DNA of 61,334 bases, filler included, from Sphacelaria rigidula (GCA_964200075.2; 7 parts of 7 records of this genome joined end to end with filler, not necessarily neighbours in it), one strand, 5' to 3'. Numbered from the whole stretch's first letter, positions 1 to 11,510 are shown. The notes: generated from the letters alone by a model not told the origin. Numbers and translations are program-made.

Positions 1-2239
1 CTTCCGGCTTGCGGCTCTGCCGTGCGCGTCTCCGCGCGGTCTCGGGGGTTCTCGGGGGTGGTGGTTTCGGTTAGCGCAGAAACTAACCTCTTTCTCGTTT
101 TCGTTCTGGTTCGTTTCGATGCTGTAGCAGCGTGTGTCGCTCCTGCTAAACTTGTGGTTGAGCGACCATGCCCAAACAGTGCGGCTCCCCAATAGGTGAG
201 CCGTGACCTGCTTCCACGTACAGCCTTATCTTGTTTGGTTTGGTTTGTTTTTGACGTTGCTTCCCTCCCCGAACAAAATACCTGGGGCCATGTGACAGGC
301 GCTGGTCTTTTCGTTTTTCATTACACGGGTAGTACCAGAACGTATCTTGGTGTTCCATCATTTTGTTTTGTTGTTGTTTCCTTTCCATCCCTTTTCTCCC
401 CTCCTTCAGGATTTTGGTTTTTTTCCTCGTCTTGCGTTGCCTTGTTTCTCCCCTCGTCTTGCGTTTTCGTGCTTCCTTCAGTGGATGTTTCCCGCTTGTT
501 CATCTTAGGCATCGTACGTTTTCCTTGTGTCTGCAGCTGGATTTCTAGGGGGAAAGCTGGTAGCGCGCGGCAGTCGATCAGTCAATTGATCAGTTGCCCT
601 ATCGGTTGTTGACCCCTTCCCTTGGATTGCAACTTCTTCGGTGTTCCCTCGCTGTATTCTGTATGTGTTCTGCTCTCTATGAGATGCTCCTCCATCTTTC
701 TTGTTTTCTCAGTATCCCGATCTAGCCGTTGCTTTTTTCATCTCTTCTCTTTTTCGCTTCTCCTGATTTCTTTCCTTTGGTTTTGTTGAGCTGTCGCTGA
801 TGAATTCGGTTTTGTTGTTGCTATGGTTTCTTTCTTCAATTTGGCGGAGGGGCGGTCGTGCTGGATTATTTAGGAACGTAGGACAGGCCACGGGAGTAGA
901 ACAGCCGACGATGGTTCAGGCGAGAGCGCCGCAGGCGGTCGTCCAAACCCTTTCCATAAGACCGGCCGTGACAATTGTTTGATCATTGTGCACAGCTTTC
1001 GTTCCGTTTTTCCAAGGTCCTCGATCCAAGAACCTTGTTCAAAACGCCCTCTGCGCTGGTTTGTGTGATCGTCCACTCACGCACGACACGTAACTCAATC
1101 TCCATCGGTACCTGGAGAAACGTATCCCTCCTTGGAGGAAGACTGGTTACCGCGAGCGCTGTGTCGTTGCAGCTAGTTCGAGAGTCTGGGTTCGTGGATG
1201 TGATATAGAGAGCACTCAGGTTGTGAAAGTCGTCACCAGAGGGAGTGGGTCTCCAGTTGGGGGCAAGACAGCTTGTAAGCTGTTGGTCGTGATGAATGAT
1301 CATCGTGGGTGTTGTCTAAAGGACCAGAAATACGGGACCCCAGGATCTTGGAGGCCGTACTCTCCACAGTTCGTGTATATGTTGTGAGGGAAATTTCGCT
1401 GACTCTTCTCTTGTCGAGGGGAGATGAAATTTTCAATATTTTTCCCGCTATCACCCCTGTGTTGTACTTCCTGGCTTGATTGTACCCCATCCGTGTTTCG
1501 GTCGAATTGTGTGTGTGTGTGTCGTGTCCCAGTTTGTGTGTGTGCCCATGAAACATGATCCAGAAATGACAGTCGTTCGTTGGATGTGTACACGGTAAGT
1601 TTGTATAGGGTCCCTTCTTCTGTATCGCGTACATAATGTGTATCGGCTTTTGTTTTTGTTTGCATGGTTTGGGGTTCCACAATTTTTGGTTTCAATTAGA
1701 TTGCCATAGCGCATATTATTGTTCATATCTGGACCACGAATCTCCGAACATCGGAATGATGTTCGATTTTTCCCATCCACCAACATATGAGTATAGAGAG
1801 AGACCCCTTTCTCTAACATCCGTAATAGTCAAGTATCGACTCTCTCATGAGGGTGTGTGTATTTTTGTCGATTTTTTTCTCTACAGCAGGTCTTTGTCGT
1901 ATATTGTTTGCTGTGTTGTGCGTGCAAGGTGTTCGTTGTAGGCCGTGTGTGCCATTGTATTGCGTGTGCCTCGTCTTCGCCGTACGCTAGCTGTGTTGTA
2001 CGTGGGTGCTGGGGTGGGTTAGGGGAAGCGCGCTCGATTGAAGCATCTCCCTGCACACGTAAAAACGCTTTGCGCGTACCGTACAGAGCGGGTCCTAAGG
2101 TTGCGAACAGTTCAACAAAACGAAACGAGTTTCACTTTCAAAATGAGTTTCATATGTCTTTATATCTCGAAATGCTTCGCCTACGAAGGAGCGCACGCCC
2201 TAAACGGTTGCTATATCTTAAAATCCACTGTGATGGAAA

Positions 2240-2241
<2 letters not shown>

Positions 2242-2288
<47 letters not shown>
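2242..2288. repeat. (GT)n microsatellite
   Basis: Uninterrupted GT dinucleotide run of ~47 bp. Confidence 0.95.
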
Positions 2289-2289
<1 letters not shown>

Positions 2290-2957
2290 TTCCCCTAAAG
2301 AGGCTAACAATAGGTACCGTGTAAATAACCGTTCTGTTTCACGCAAGAACGGAGGCTTCGACAGAGTTGCGCTTCTCAAGAGCTGGCCTTCACAGTGTGT
2401 ATGTCGTGAGGTGGAGAGACGGTTGCAGCATTTCCTTCCCACACCCTTAGGCCATGTGGTTCGTGCAGATCGAGGATTTTCAGTAGAAGAATATCAGGAG
2501 TGTATACGGAGGATAATCCGCTCCGCGGTGCGGATTATTATTTTTTTTAAACCTGACGGAGCGGAGCGAAGCGGATATTCCAAGGTGCGAAAAACTACGG
2601 GCTACGACGGAGCGGATACCCGCGATTGAAAATGTCACGAGTTTTGGCGGAGCGGATGTCCGGCCTTGATTATGTCACGGAGCGGAGCGGTTTTTTCGAA
2701 TATGGTACGGAGCGGAGTGGATATCCGCTAGTGGGGAAAATCACGGAATGTCACGAAGTGGATATCCACCCGCTACAAAAGCACGGGTTATTGCGGAGCG
2801 GATGTCTGTCGCACGGATTATTTCACGGAGCGGATTGTCCCCCTCCGTGGAACAAACCGCACAAACCGCGGCATTTCCCCACGGTGCACCGTGGCAATAC
2901 TCCTTCAGAATGGCACGGTTATCCGCGAAAATTGTATGGATACCCGCGGATAAAGTA

Positions 2958-3238
2958 CGAAAAGAGTCGCATTGCTTGGACTTCCAGGTGCTGGAGAGGG
3001 GAGACGGCGGATAGCATGTTCCACAGACAACGCCGCGTCCCTTGTCGAACTTATGGAAGTATAGCTACACCCCTGAGATTACCCTAGCACCAGCGTCCAC
3101 CGCCACGTTGACCACCGTACGTCGAACGCTTTCTATGATGTTGGTGGAAGGTGTGGGAGTAGGCACAGTAGAATCTGAAGAGTTCTCACGTCGAAGAGAA
3201 AGAGGAGGAGAACCGGAACCGGGTGTGGAGGTGGACAT
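2958..3238 (-). pseudogene. Transposase N-terminal remnant with partial BED zinc finger
   Basis: Minus frame reads MSTSTPG...ISGV*LYFHKFDKGRGVVCGTC. This fits the BED pattern SxVWxYF...CxxC if the TAG was originally TGG. Confidence 0.6.
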
Positions 3239-3363
3239 GCACCTCCACCTCAGCCTCTGAAGTAGGAGATTGCTCGGCACTGTGTTTGTATTGGAATCCG
3301 TGGCATCAACCATGCGAGGTCCGCGCACCGCCGCCGTGTTTGGATTACGCTTTCCAGTTTGAG

Positions 3364-3403
3364 GCGCACGCGCGCGCGCGCGCGCGCGCGCGTGTGTGTG
3401 TGT
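3364..3403. repeat. Alternating purine-pyrimidine (CG)n(TG)n tract, potential Z-DNA
   Basis: 40 bp of uninterrupted alternation: GCGCAC, then a long (GC)n run, then (GT)n. Confidence 0.8.
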
Positions 3404-5248
3404 CGTGCAAACCACAGTTGTCATTATTCGCAGAAGAATTTCAGAATCGAATCGGTGGATTGCTTACCCAGAACATTTTTTTCCCTCTTCGAATTCTAAG
3501 TTATCCGACATTCGGAACAGTTTCGTCCGTGGGATCCGTGGCTTTTCAGCGGTTCGACCCGTAAGTTATACTACGGAGCACGCACGGATGGACTACGGAA
3601 TGTGGATAGAACCGCTTCGTAGAAAAACCACAATTCACGGTTCCAACCGCGCAGCTGTATATTCCATACGGAGCGGAGCGTTTTTTTCCTTAATTGTCAC
3701 GGAGTGGAGCGGATATCCGGCCTTGATTATGTCACGGAGCGAAGGGGAGTTTTAGAATATGGTACGGAGCGGAGCGGATATCCGCTTGTGAGAAAAGTCA
3801 CGGATTGTCACGGAGCGGATATCTGCCCCCTAAAAATGCCGCGGAGCGGTGCGGTTTGACAAACCGCACCGTAATAATCCGCTCCTCGGATATTTTCTTA
3901 ATCGGTACACATCCCTCAAGAATGGCCACCGAGATCCTAAGATCTCGAGTTAGATTATTAGCAGGCAGATCAGGTAGATGTCCCCCAGCCCCGAGAAGCG
4001 GCAACGCCTCGGCTCTAGGTGGAGGCTCGGCCTAGGACTAGGTCGTGTCGTTCCCTTCCTTGCTCACTCTTCCCCCCAAGCAGAACAGTCTTCTGCATCA
4101 ATCTCGCTACTTGCCATGTGGTGAATACAAATGAGGTGAGAAAACAAGCTTCCTGTCAGATCAGCAGACACGTATACCTACCGCGTGAACTGAGAGTGTG
4201 TCCGACGTGCACGCATTGTTGATGAACTTATTTGGGGGTATTTTTGGGGATCGATACGTGCGGGTACACAGAGATTGATGTCCATCTCGTCTCCATCGCA
4301 TATTGGCGTCGAGAAAATCGACCCGTGTCTCCCTTGATTGATCGGGTAGCGTCTGTCGTGAGTTTAGTTCCGTCTTTACTGTGGCCCGCTTTCATCAGTT
4401 GTTGTCGCACATACTGTTGTTGTACCTGCAAACGAGCCTCCAATCGCTCGCCAGCACCACTTTTGACTGCTTCCGTTTGTTCTTTCCCATAAAGTAAAAT
4501 TTTCCTTGTCCCTGTTTTTGCGTGCATCTGTAGCTACAGTAATATAGTACCATCATTGTAGTACTGCACATCGCCTAATTTTGTGCGATTTGCTTTCCCC
4601 GTCCGTCGACCGTCTAGCTGGCGCTGTTTTTTTTGTGATCTGCACCATTTTGGACCCTCGACGATCTCCTATATGCGCCGTACTCTGTACCGCTGGCACA
4701 TGCTGCTTCATTTCTTTCTGTTACTGCCTCTCGCTTTCCCTGAAGCACGAATACCGCACCGGATCACTCCCCGCCCGGACTGTCTGCTTATCTTCCCCAC
4801 CCGCGCCTGTCTCTTCTGGCATTTTTTGCCTCCGCTGTAATGAAACGAGGGAGGCCTCTCAGAGGAGGTGCTCTGGACAGAGGAGAATGTGTATTATAGT
4901 AGCTCTTCTTGTAGTAATCTCTTATACCCTTCACTCTCCAAACATCAACCGTGCAAGCTCCACCCGAGCTGCTCTCTCACCCCAAAATACAGCAAAATAC
5001 TGAAACGAAACAACTGAAAACAAGCGGACATGACTGCACCGTGCGTTCCCTTATACATCATACATCCAGTCATAATACATAAAATATCCGATGCCGCGTA
5101 CAATATCCGGCACCCTTGATATACCATCAATCTGTCCGTTGTGTACCCGAATTAGTCCAAGTTCATGTGTACTAGAGTTCAGCTCGGCAGTATTCTAATG
5201 GATCCCCTTGTCGAGGCTTAACCCTGTTCATATCAAACAGAAAAAATC

Positions 5249-5690
5249 CAGGGCTCTTTACGTTATACGTTACACGTTACGTCACAAATGTGACGTATAA
5301 TATATATAAGTTACGTCACGTCACGCTTTGTGACATATGAAAAATTATACGTTATGTTACGTCACATTTTTGTACGGGTACGTTACGTTAGGTCACACTT
5401 GTGACGTATTAAAAAGTTATACGTACGTTACGTTACAGTGACGTATTTTGAAACGTTACACGTCACAACAAATATTACACGTCACATTGTTATACGTTTG
5501 TGCCGTGTAACGTATTTTGAAACGTTACGTTGGTGGTGACGTGCAACGTATGTTGGAACGTTATTGTGACGTGTAACGAATAATATACGTTACTTTTGTG
5601 ACGTGTAACGTATTTTCGAACGTTATTGTGACGTGTAACGAATAATATACGTTACGTTTGAGACGTGTAACGTAAAATGAAACGTTACAC
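5249..5690. repeat. ACGTTAC/GTCAC motif array, probable subterminal repeats of a non-autonomous DNA transposon
   Basis: Dozens of ACGTTAC/GTGACGT/GTCAC motifs in both orientations, beginning CAGGGCTC. Similar motifs recur at ~12090-12900. Confidence 0.6.
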
Positions 5691-6105
5691 TTCGACCGTG
5701 TTGAGGGCAAATGAACGCTACGTACGCGACGTTGTAAGGTTTCATGTACCGCAACTTGGCAAGGGAGGGTCACGGTGATTGCCTTGTTCGAGCATGAGGC
5801 GCGTTCTGCTCGCTATGTCGACATGCAAGAATGCGTTTCAGTTAGTGTATCGCCCGTGCCTCAATCGCACATCGACGGGCAAGCACGGGTGTTGAGACAT
5901 CCTTCGTATCCTGCGGGTGTAACTTCCGTCTTCAGGATACATACGATAATTCAAACGATGCAAATGATTGGCTGAACAACGATCGATAACTTTTTCGTAT
6001 CCGTTGGGACTTCACACAGAAACACAACATAGCACAAAAGATAGCAATTAGTTACGATGAGGTGTGGTACAGGCTTTCAAAATCACCAGGATCGGAGCAC
6101 GGAAA

Positions 6106-6376
6106 GAGTGATGCTACGGTGGGGGTGCACAAATATTTTCTGAGGTTGGAATTGTTAGGAGCCCTTGATTCATCCAAAAGACGACTCATGAAAATACGTG
6201 AGAGTACCCCAGGATTACAATTCCAATGTGCTGGGGTCCAATGTGTTGGGGATATCCCGACTGAATTTTCAAACGGGGGTGTCCTGACCCATACTCTTAT
6301 GCATCTAGAATCGTTGGGAGCCCCTGAACCAGACAAGATTTCGCGCAAAAAGCGCACCCCTACCGTAGCATTGCTC
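6106..6376. mobile_element. MITE with GAG...CTC termini and 4-bp TSD (Sola2-like), copy 1
   Basis: TIRs GAGTGATGCTACGGTGGGGGTGCAC / GCGCACCCCTACCGTAGCATTGCTC, with TSD GAAA on both sides. Confidence 0.85.
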
Positions 6377-6389
6377 GAAAATGGATGCA

Positions 6390-6596
6390 CTGTAATGCGT
6401 GAGAGGACCGCGTGCTTAGAGGACCGCGCCGTAGTTCAAAGCACCCCAGGATCGACGTTTTTCAAAACCAATCGGACCAGTCCCTGCAATTACCACGCCC
6501 CTGACCATAACCCTTACACTAACCCTAAGCCTAACCATAGAGGTGTTCAAATTCCGATGCGGTCCTCTAAGCACGCGGTCCTCTCACGCATTACAA
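6390..6596. mobile_element. MITE with perfect 37-bp TIRs and internal telomere-like hexamers
   Basis: TGTAATGCGTGAGAGGACCGCGTGCTTAGAGGACCGC (6391-6427) is exactly inverted at 6559-6595. The interior has CCCTGA/CCATAA/CCCTTA/CACTAA/CCCTAA units. Confidence 0.85.
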
Positions 6597-7765
6597 TACT
6601 GTAAAGCGCGTGTTCACCCCCATCGATTAAGGATACTGCCCCCTCGTCCGTAGATGTCAGGGTGGAGATGGACGCAGTGTTGGTTTCCACTGCGGAAGAA
6701 GCTCCAGAATGCAGTATCCTCGATCGATGGTGGTGAACACGCACTTTACTATCCCTTATAGTTACTGTGTGAGACAGGATTCTGCCGGACTGTAAAATAT
6801 CTAATCTTCCTGTTTCCCAGCATATCTCGAGCATCCTTCACCGCTACAGCCAGTACTCCGTGCAATACGAGTACACACGTCGCGTGTTTGTCAATTGTGG
6901 ATTGCAGACGAAGAGCCTTCCGGGGCTAGCTACGTGTGCTCTGCATAAGCTCGAGAAGAACCGGGCACGTGGCAGGAGGGCAGTGTTTCGATCTTGTATC
7001 CTTCCCCCACCTTGCGATCCTGGCGCTGGCATGTTGTTGTTATCGTCGTCGTCGCTGTTGTTGAATTCCTGCGTTGCCGAGGTGCCTTCGACCGACGAAC
7101 AACACGGCGACTAGGGGTAGTGTTGTTTTGCTCATTCGCCCTGGAGTACAATGCACTTGGTGCCTACGGTTACGTGCAGCCGAGGGAAGAAATAAAGTGT
7201 GAATTCTGTGCACACGTACGTGTATGGATCGCATTGCGAATGCAACTGGCGTTTCGACTTCTTGGGGGCTTAGGGAGTGAGGTTGCAATATCTGCCACCT
7301 CTGATTCCGCTTGGATGATTTTTATTTAGTCCGTGTTCACGGTCATCACTACGCAGTGCAGCGGGGCACACATTGCTCCATCACCTGAGCGATCCATTTG
7401 ACTGATCGATCGCCGCTTGCTTTGCTCGCATCACATTCCCACCGCGACGACGCAGAGATCACGGATATATACTCTGGTAACATCATATTTTTGTCGCATC
7501 GGGGCCTGGTGGCAGCGAGGGTGAAAACTACGGCCTTTATGCGTCCAGGGTCGAAGTCTGTAGTGACAAGAGGCAGACAGATGCGCGTGAGCAGCGTGAG
7601 TTTCTCACGTTCATGGTGCTGAGCCCCTGGAAATCAAGCCTAACCACGGCCAATCTCAACTGAATTGGAGCTAGTGCACTACACTTGTATCAGTGCGTGA
7701 CGGACAAGAGTCGCTGGCCCTGCACCACTCCAGCTCCACAATTCAAGAAGCACACGATCAGCTTA

Positions 7766-7905
7766 TAATGCGTGAGAGGACCGCGTGCTTAGAGGACGGC
7801 GCCGTTGTCCAAACACCCCAAGATCGATGTTTTTCGAAACCAATCGGGCCAGTCCCTGCAGGAACCACGCCCCTAACCCTAACCCCAACACGACTATTAA
7901 TATAG
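7766..7905 (+). mobile_element. Truncated second copy of the 37-bp-TIR MITE
   Basis: Left TIR, body and CCCTAACCCTAACCCCAA match 6392-6540; no right TIR. Confidence 0.75.
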
Positions 7906-8142
7906 TGTACTACCAGAAGGCAGGCACAGGTGGTCAGAGGACGTGTTTGACATGTAGATGCCGACATACAGACGCCCGTTATGCACAGGTCGGGGTCGTG
8001 CGCGGGCGAGGTTGATGACGCTGTGAAACTGCAGTACCCACCTTACCGTCGAAGAGTACTTTGGAACTTTCGATACTGAATCCCCTTAATATTGGCGAAT
8101 ACTCAGATGGTCTCATGGTTATAAACTCTTTAAACTGTTATT

Positions 8143-8444
8143 AACAACGTTTTCGTGAACTTGAGAGTTAAACTTAAACGTACGATTGAGAGTGAAAGGT
8201 GGTCACGTGGTGAATAAGCCGTTTCAGTTCCGAAATGCACCTTCACCAGGCCCAATATTCTCTCTCTTGTAGCTTGCCACTGAGGCCCTCGATACCCCTG
8301 AGGATATCAACGTGTAGCTGTAAGCACACGGCAGTGATGAGACGACGAAAATCACACCCGAAATGAAAAATTGGCGAAGTTAAAGCGAATGATCAAAGTC
8401 ACTCTCAATCCGCACCCAACTCTCAATCTCACGAAAACCTTGTT
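8143..8444. mobile_element. MITE (Tc1/mariner-like), copy 1
   Basis: TIRs AACAACGTTTTCGTGAACTTGAGAGT / ACTCTCAATCTCACGAAAACCTTGTT in a TA context. Homologous to 31601-31910. Confidence 0.75.
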
Positions 8445-8450
8445 TATATA

Positions 8451-8677
8451 CAGGCTGGGCCAGCCTAGAGGCTGCATGAAAGTTTGCAGGCGGATGCGCC
8501 GTCCAATATTTGGAGTTAGACCCTGAAAATTGGTACGGAAAATGCATCGGGTATTATAAAAAAAAATCGGGAAGAAGCACATGAAGTTTTTTTTTTCGTG
8601 AGATAAGGGCGTTTTGCTGAAACCTGAAACCTGAATATTGCCCTACACTCACGAAAAAATAAATATATCATGTGCTT
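8451..8677. repeat. Interspersed repeat fragment cut by contig end
   Basis: 8453-8520 is the near-exact reverse complement of 17555-17621 on another contig. Confidence 0.7.
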
Positions 8678-8777
8678 NNNNNNNNNNNNNNNNNNNNNNN
8701 NNNNNNNNNNNNNNNNNNNNNTTAATTAATTAANNNNNNNNNNNNNNNNNNNNNNNNNNNNNNNNNNNNNNNNNNNN
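8678..8777. other. Artificial contig linker
   Basis: N44-TTAATTAATTAA-N44; the core has stops in all six frames. Confidence 0.98.
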
Positions 8778-8827
8778 TGATCTAGCAACCACACCCCAGA
8801 AGGAGAACGCCCCCGGCCCCGCCCGGA

Positions 8828-8858
<31 letters not shown>

Positions 8859-9478
8859 ACTAAAGGGCTCAAAGGAAGGTATGTGTCAGACGACCTGCCA
8901 CACTCGCGGTACGCTTGTAATTGGGTAAAAACGGTGCCAAGCAGTATGAATGAGGCGTTATTTATCGGTCACAAGCGGGGTAACAAAATCGTCACTACTC
9001 TCAACGACGATTTGAAGTGGAATTTTGTGGGGGAAAATGGCCGAAAATACCACCCCCCGTACCGTAGCATGACTCCTTCTTTCTTCTGTATGACCTTAAT
9101 CTACCCAAGCGTCTGTTTTCCTGTAGCGAGTGCTCTCCGTCTACTTTATATCGAGGGGCGGCGGGGTGAGGGGGGGGATACGTTTATCCTAAAGCGCAAT
9201 ATGGTGGGATCCTTCGCGGATACGTAAATGGAACATGATATGTCATGCCGTCCCTCACTCTCCGAATCAATCCATGCATCAACCAATTCCATCAATTCCA
9301 TTCATGAAACATTTTTGATGATTTTGATTGATTGATTGATTGTCGCAATTTGACTGACCCCCCCGGAGTCATGATCCAGCCGGGGTCACATGATAAACGT
9401 ATCTCAAACTGAAACACTCGCTGAAGAAAAAGGAAGGAAACAGAAAAAAAAGTCGAGCAGAACGACATGGTAGACTAA

Positions 9479-9768
9479 GGCCGTTCCTCCCGGTTCGTAT
9501 TTTGTTTGGCTCATATTTTCCACTTTTAGGTGCAAATACCCACAGACTGTGCAATATATGTTTTTCTCGTTTTTTTGTCCAGAGGCCGCTCTCGAAATCT
9601 CTGACCCAAGCGAATCGGAAAAGTGGGCTAGGCTCCTCTCGGTAGGGTGATACAAAGTGTCCAAGACGTGTGGTGGCGATTTTCCCTGTTTGGGGGTCAA
9701 AAACCCTGTCAAATGTTCTAAAAGTGGAAAATACGAGCCAAACAAAATACGAACCGGAAAAAACGGCC
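9479..9768. mobile_element. PIF/Harbinger (Tourist-like) MITE
   Basis: ~50-bp TIRs starting GGCCGTT and ending AACGGCC, with an exact TAA TSD (9476-9478, 9769-9771). Confidence 0.85.
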
Positions 9769-10354
9769 TAAGAAGTAAAACAAAAACAGAAAAACATAGT
9801 TGGGGGAAAACACTACTCCGGAGTAATATACACCAATGAACCACTTAATATACTTTAAAACGTTCTTGATCCCAGTTGGGGGTGGGGGAAGAGCATCAAC
9901 CAACCGTTCATTCATCAATCCATCCATTGACACAATTGATAAAAACAGATAGTCAAAAAGACGACTTTCATGAACCCTTCGACCGCGAGGGTTGTCTATC
10001 TGGACCATGCATGCTTTTTTCAAGTGAAATTCGTCCCGATTCAACACATGACCTACTCTCGCCATTATCCAAGGTTCAACAGGGCATATTGTTTATTGAT
10101 GGATACATGCACTTTTCCCAAAAAATGGATTTTCCCCCCCACTTTTTCCAGGAACATAAATTTTTGTGAAGAAAAAAATACCGACGCTAGATTTTCGGAG
10201 AAATCAGTAAACAATCTTGACGTTGATCCTACTGTATTTTCACCTGACCTGGTAAAGATAGACCCTATTCATCATACCCCTGAGCAATCGAGGTGCTGTA
10301 AGTTTGGCGCGAAACGGTCGACAATTCCCATGGCTGAACATAGTTTGTTCTTGT

Positions 10355-10480
10355 CAAACCCGAACGCGAACCCTAAATCCTGAACAGTGACCCCAACCCA
10401 ATGTTCAACGAGAACCCCTTGGCAGGGTGTGTATGGATGATGATCCAAGGCAAAGTGTGCGTTGGAAAAGCTAAGCCTGT
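10355..10480 (+). mobile_element. Short interspersed element with telomere-like hexamer head, copy 1 (diverged)
   Basis: AACCCG/AACGCG/AACCCT units followed by a body (...GGCAGGGTG...AGGCAAAGTGTGCGTTGG) shared with 45510-45630 and 52190-52330. Confidence 0.55.
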
Positions 10481-10547
10481 GTGCAAAAATGTGCCCTGCA
10501 CACGGTTCGCGGGCACCTGCGATTATCAGTCCCACCGAAGGATCCGG

Positions 10548-11000
10548 ATGTGATCAGTCTACGTTGAAACCGCGTGTTTTGTAATCACATTTTGTGGACC
10601 CGCCCGTATCCAACTCTCAAGATCCAAATTTGAGAAGTCTGCACTGAAATCATCGAGTAATTTTGACCACGGATTTCGTCGATCAATTCATATACAACTC
10701 TCCGTGTCATAATGTGGATGAGTCTACAATAAAACCAATCATTTTGAACCATAGGTTTTGTCAACCAGTTCGCACACAGCTTCATTATTACAGAAGATCA
10801 AAATGTGATGAGTCCACACTGAAACCAAATGTTGTCAACCAATGGATTTCGTCGACCAGTTCGCATACAGCTGTCCAAGATCAAGAGAGAAGTCTACGCG
10901 GAAACGAGGTGTTTCAACCATGGACTTTGTCGACCCGTTCGCACACAATTCTCAAGATCCAATTGTGATAAAAGTCTGGACTGAAACCGTCAAGTACTTT
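10548..11000. repeat. Degenerate tandem repeat, ~6 units of ~80-90 bp
   Basis: Recurring TGTGATGAGTCTACACTGAAACC...ATGGATTTCGTCGACCAGTTCGCACACAG...AAGATC. Confidence 0.75.
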
Positions 11001-11199
11001 CAAAATCACGAAATTTGAAGTTATCGATCACTTCGCGTGAGCAAACTCTACTACCAATTCTATCAATCCATCATCCATCGGCCAACACAGTTGGGAAACA
11101 GCAGGAAAAAAATTGGTTCGCTGAACATCGAAAGTGGATCGGTTGCGTTAATGCTGGTCCAATGTTCGATGGCAAAAAGGTGCACTACATGTGCTACCC

Positions 11200-11510
11200 A
11201 GAGGGGGGTGTCATGATGTTGCATGCCGTATTCATAGGACCATTGACCTCGCATCCCTACAAAGCCGGGACGGAGCACGCCGGGTTTTCGCCGGACCAGG
11301 CTCAGAGGGGGGGGCGACGGGGGGACGGGGGCGCACTCATTTGTTGCTTGCCTCAACAGTCGTTTGGCCATTGACCACGCATCCCTTTCGAGACGAAGCA
11401 CAGTTCCTACTCCTAACAGAGACACCTTCAACATTTGGGTGCTCATCACGTTTCTTCCATGCATTACACAAAAACCTTGTACACACTCTATCCCCGTCCT
11501 GTGTCGCCCT
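11200..11510 (+). mobile_element. Bipartite interspersed repeat, internally deleted copy
   Basis: Matches 13243-13345 and 13565-13750 (CATCCCTACAAAGCCGGGACGGAGCACGCC; GACCACGCATCCCTTTCGAG) but lacks the middle ~200 bp. Confidence 0.75.

Larger units (their letters stand above)
2495..3917 (-). mobile_element. Internally deleted hAT-like DNA transposon
   Basis: Imperfect TIRs (CAGGAGTGTATACG... / ...CGGTACACATCCCTC), degenerate 8-bp TSD AAGAATAT/AAGAATGG, dense subterminal ACGGAGCGGAGCGGATATCC repeats at both ends, and an internal BED-finger remnant. Confidence 0.7.

Noticed and set aside
1..2240. Many overlapping ORFs in the CT/GT-rich start of the window
   Set aside because: Compositional bias explains the open frames. 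It may be old retroelement debris, but I see no diagnostic motif.
4228..4850. Possible minus-strand exons (99-aa ORF after a CAG acceptor)
   Set aside because: No recognisable homology, and the upstream candidate segment contains stops; unsupported without RNA data.
8722..8733. TTAATTAATTAA motif recurring every ~8.8 kb
   Set aside because: Always embedded in N44 padding. It is an artificial six-frame-stop linker, not biology.
10548..11000. CRISPR-like regular spacing
   Set aside because: Units are homologous over their full length and degenerate. There are no unique spacers or cas genes, and the context is eukaryotic.
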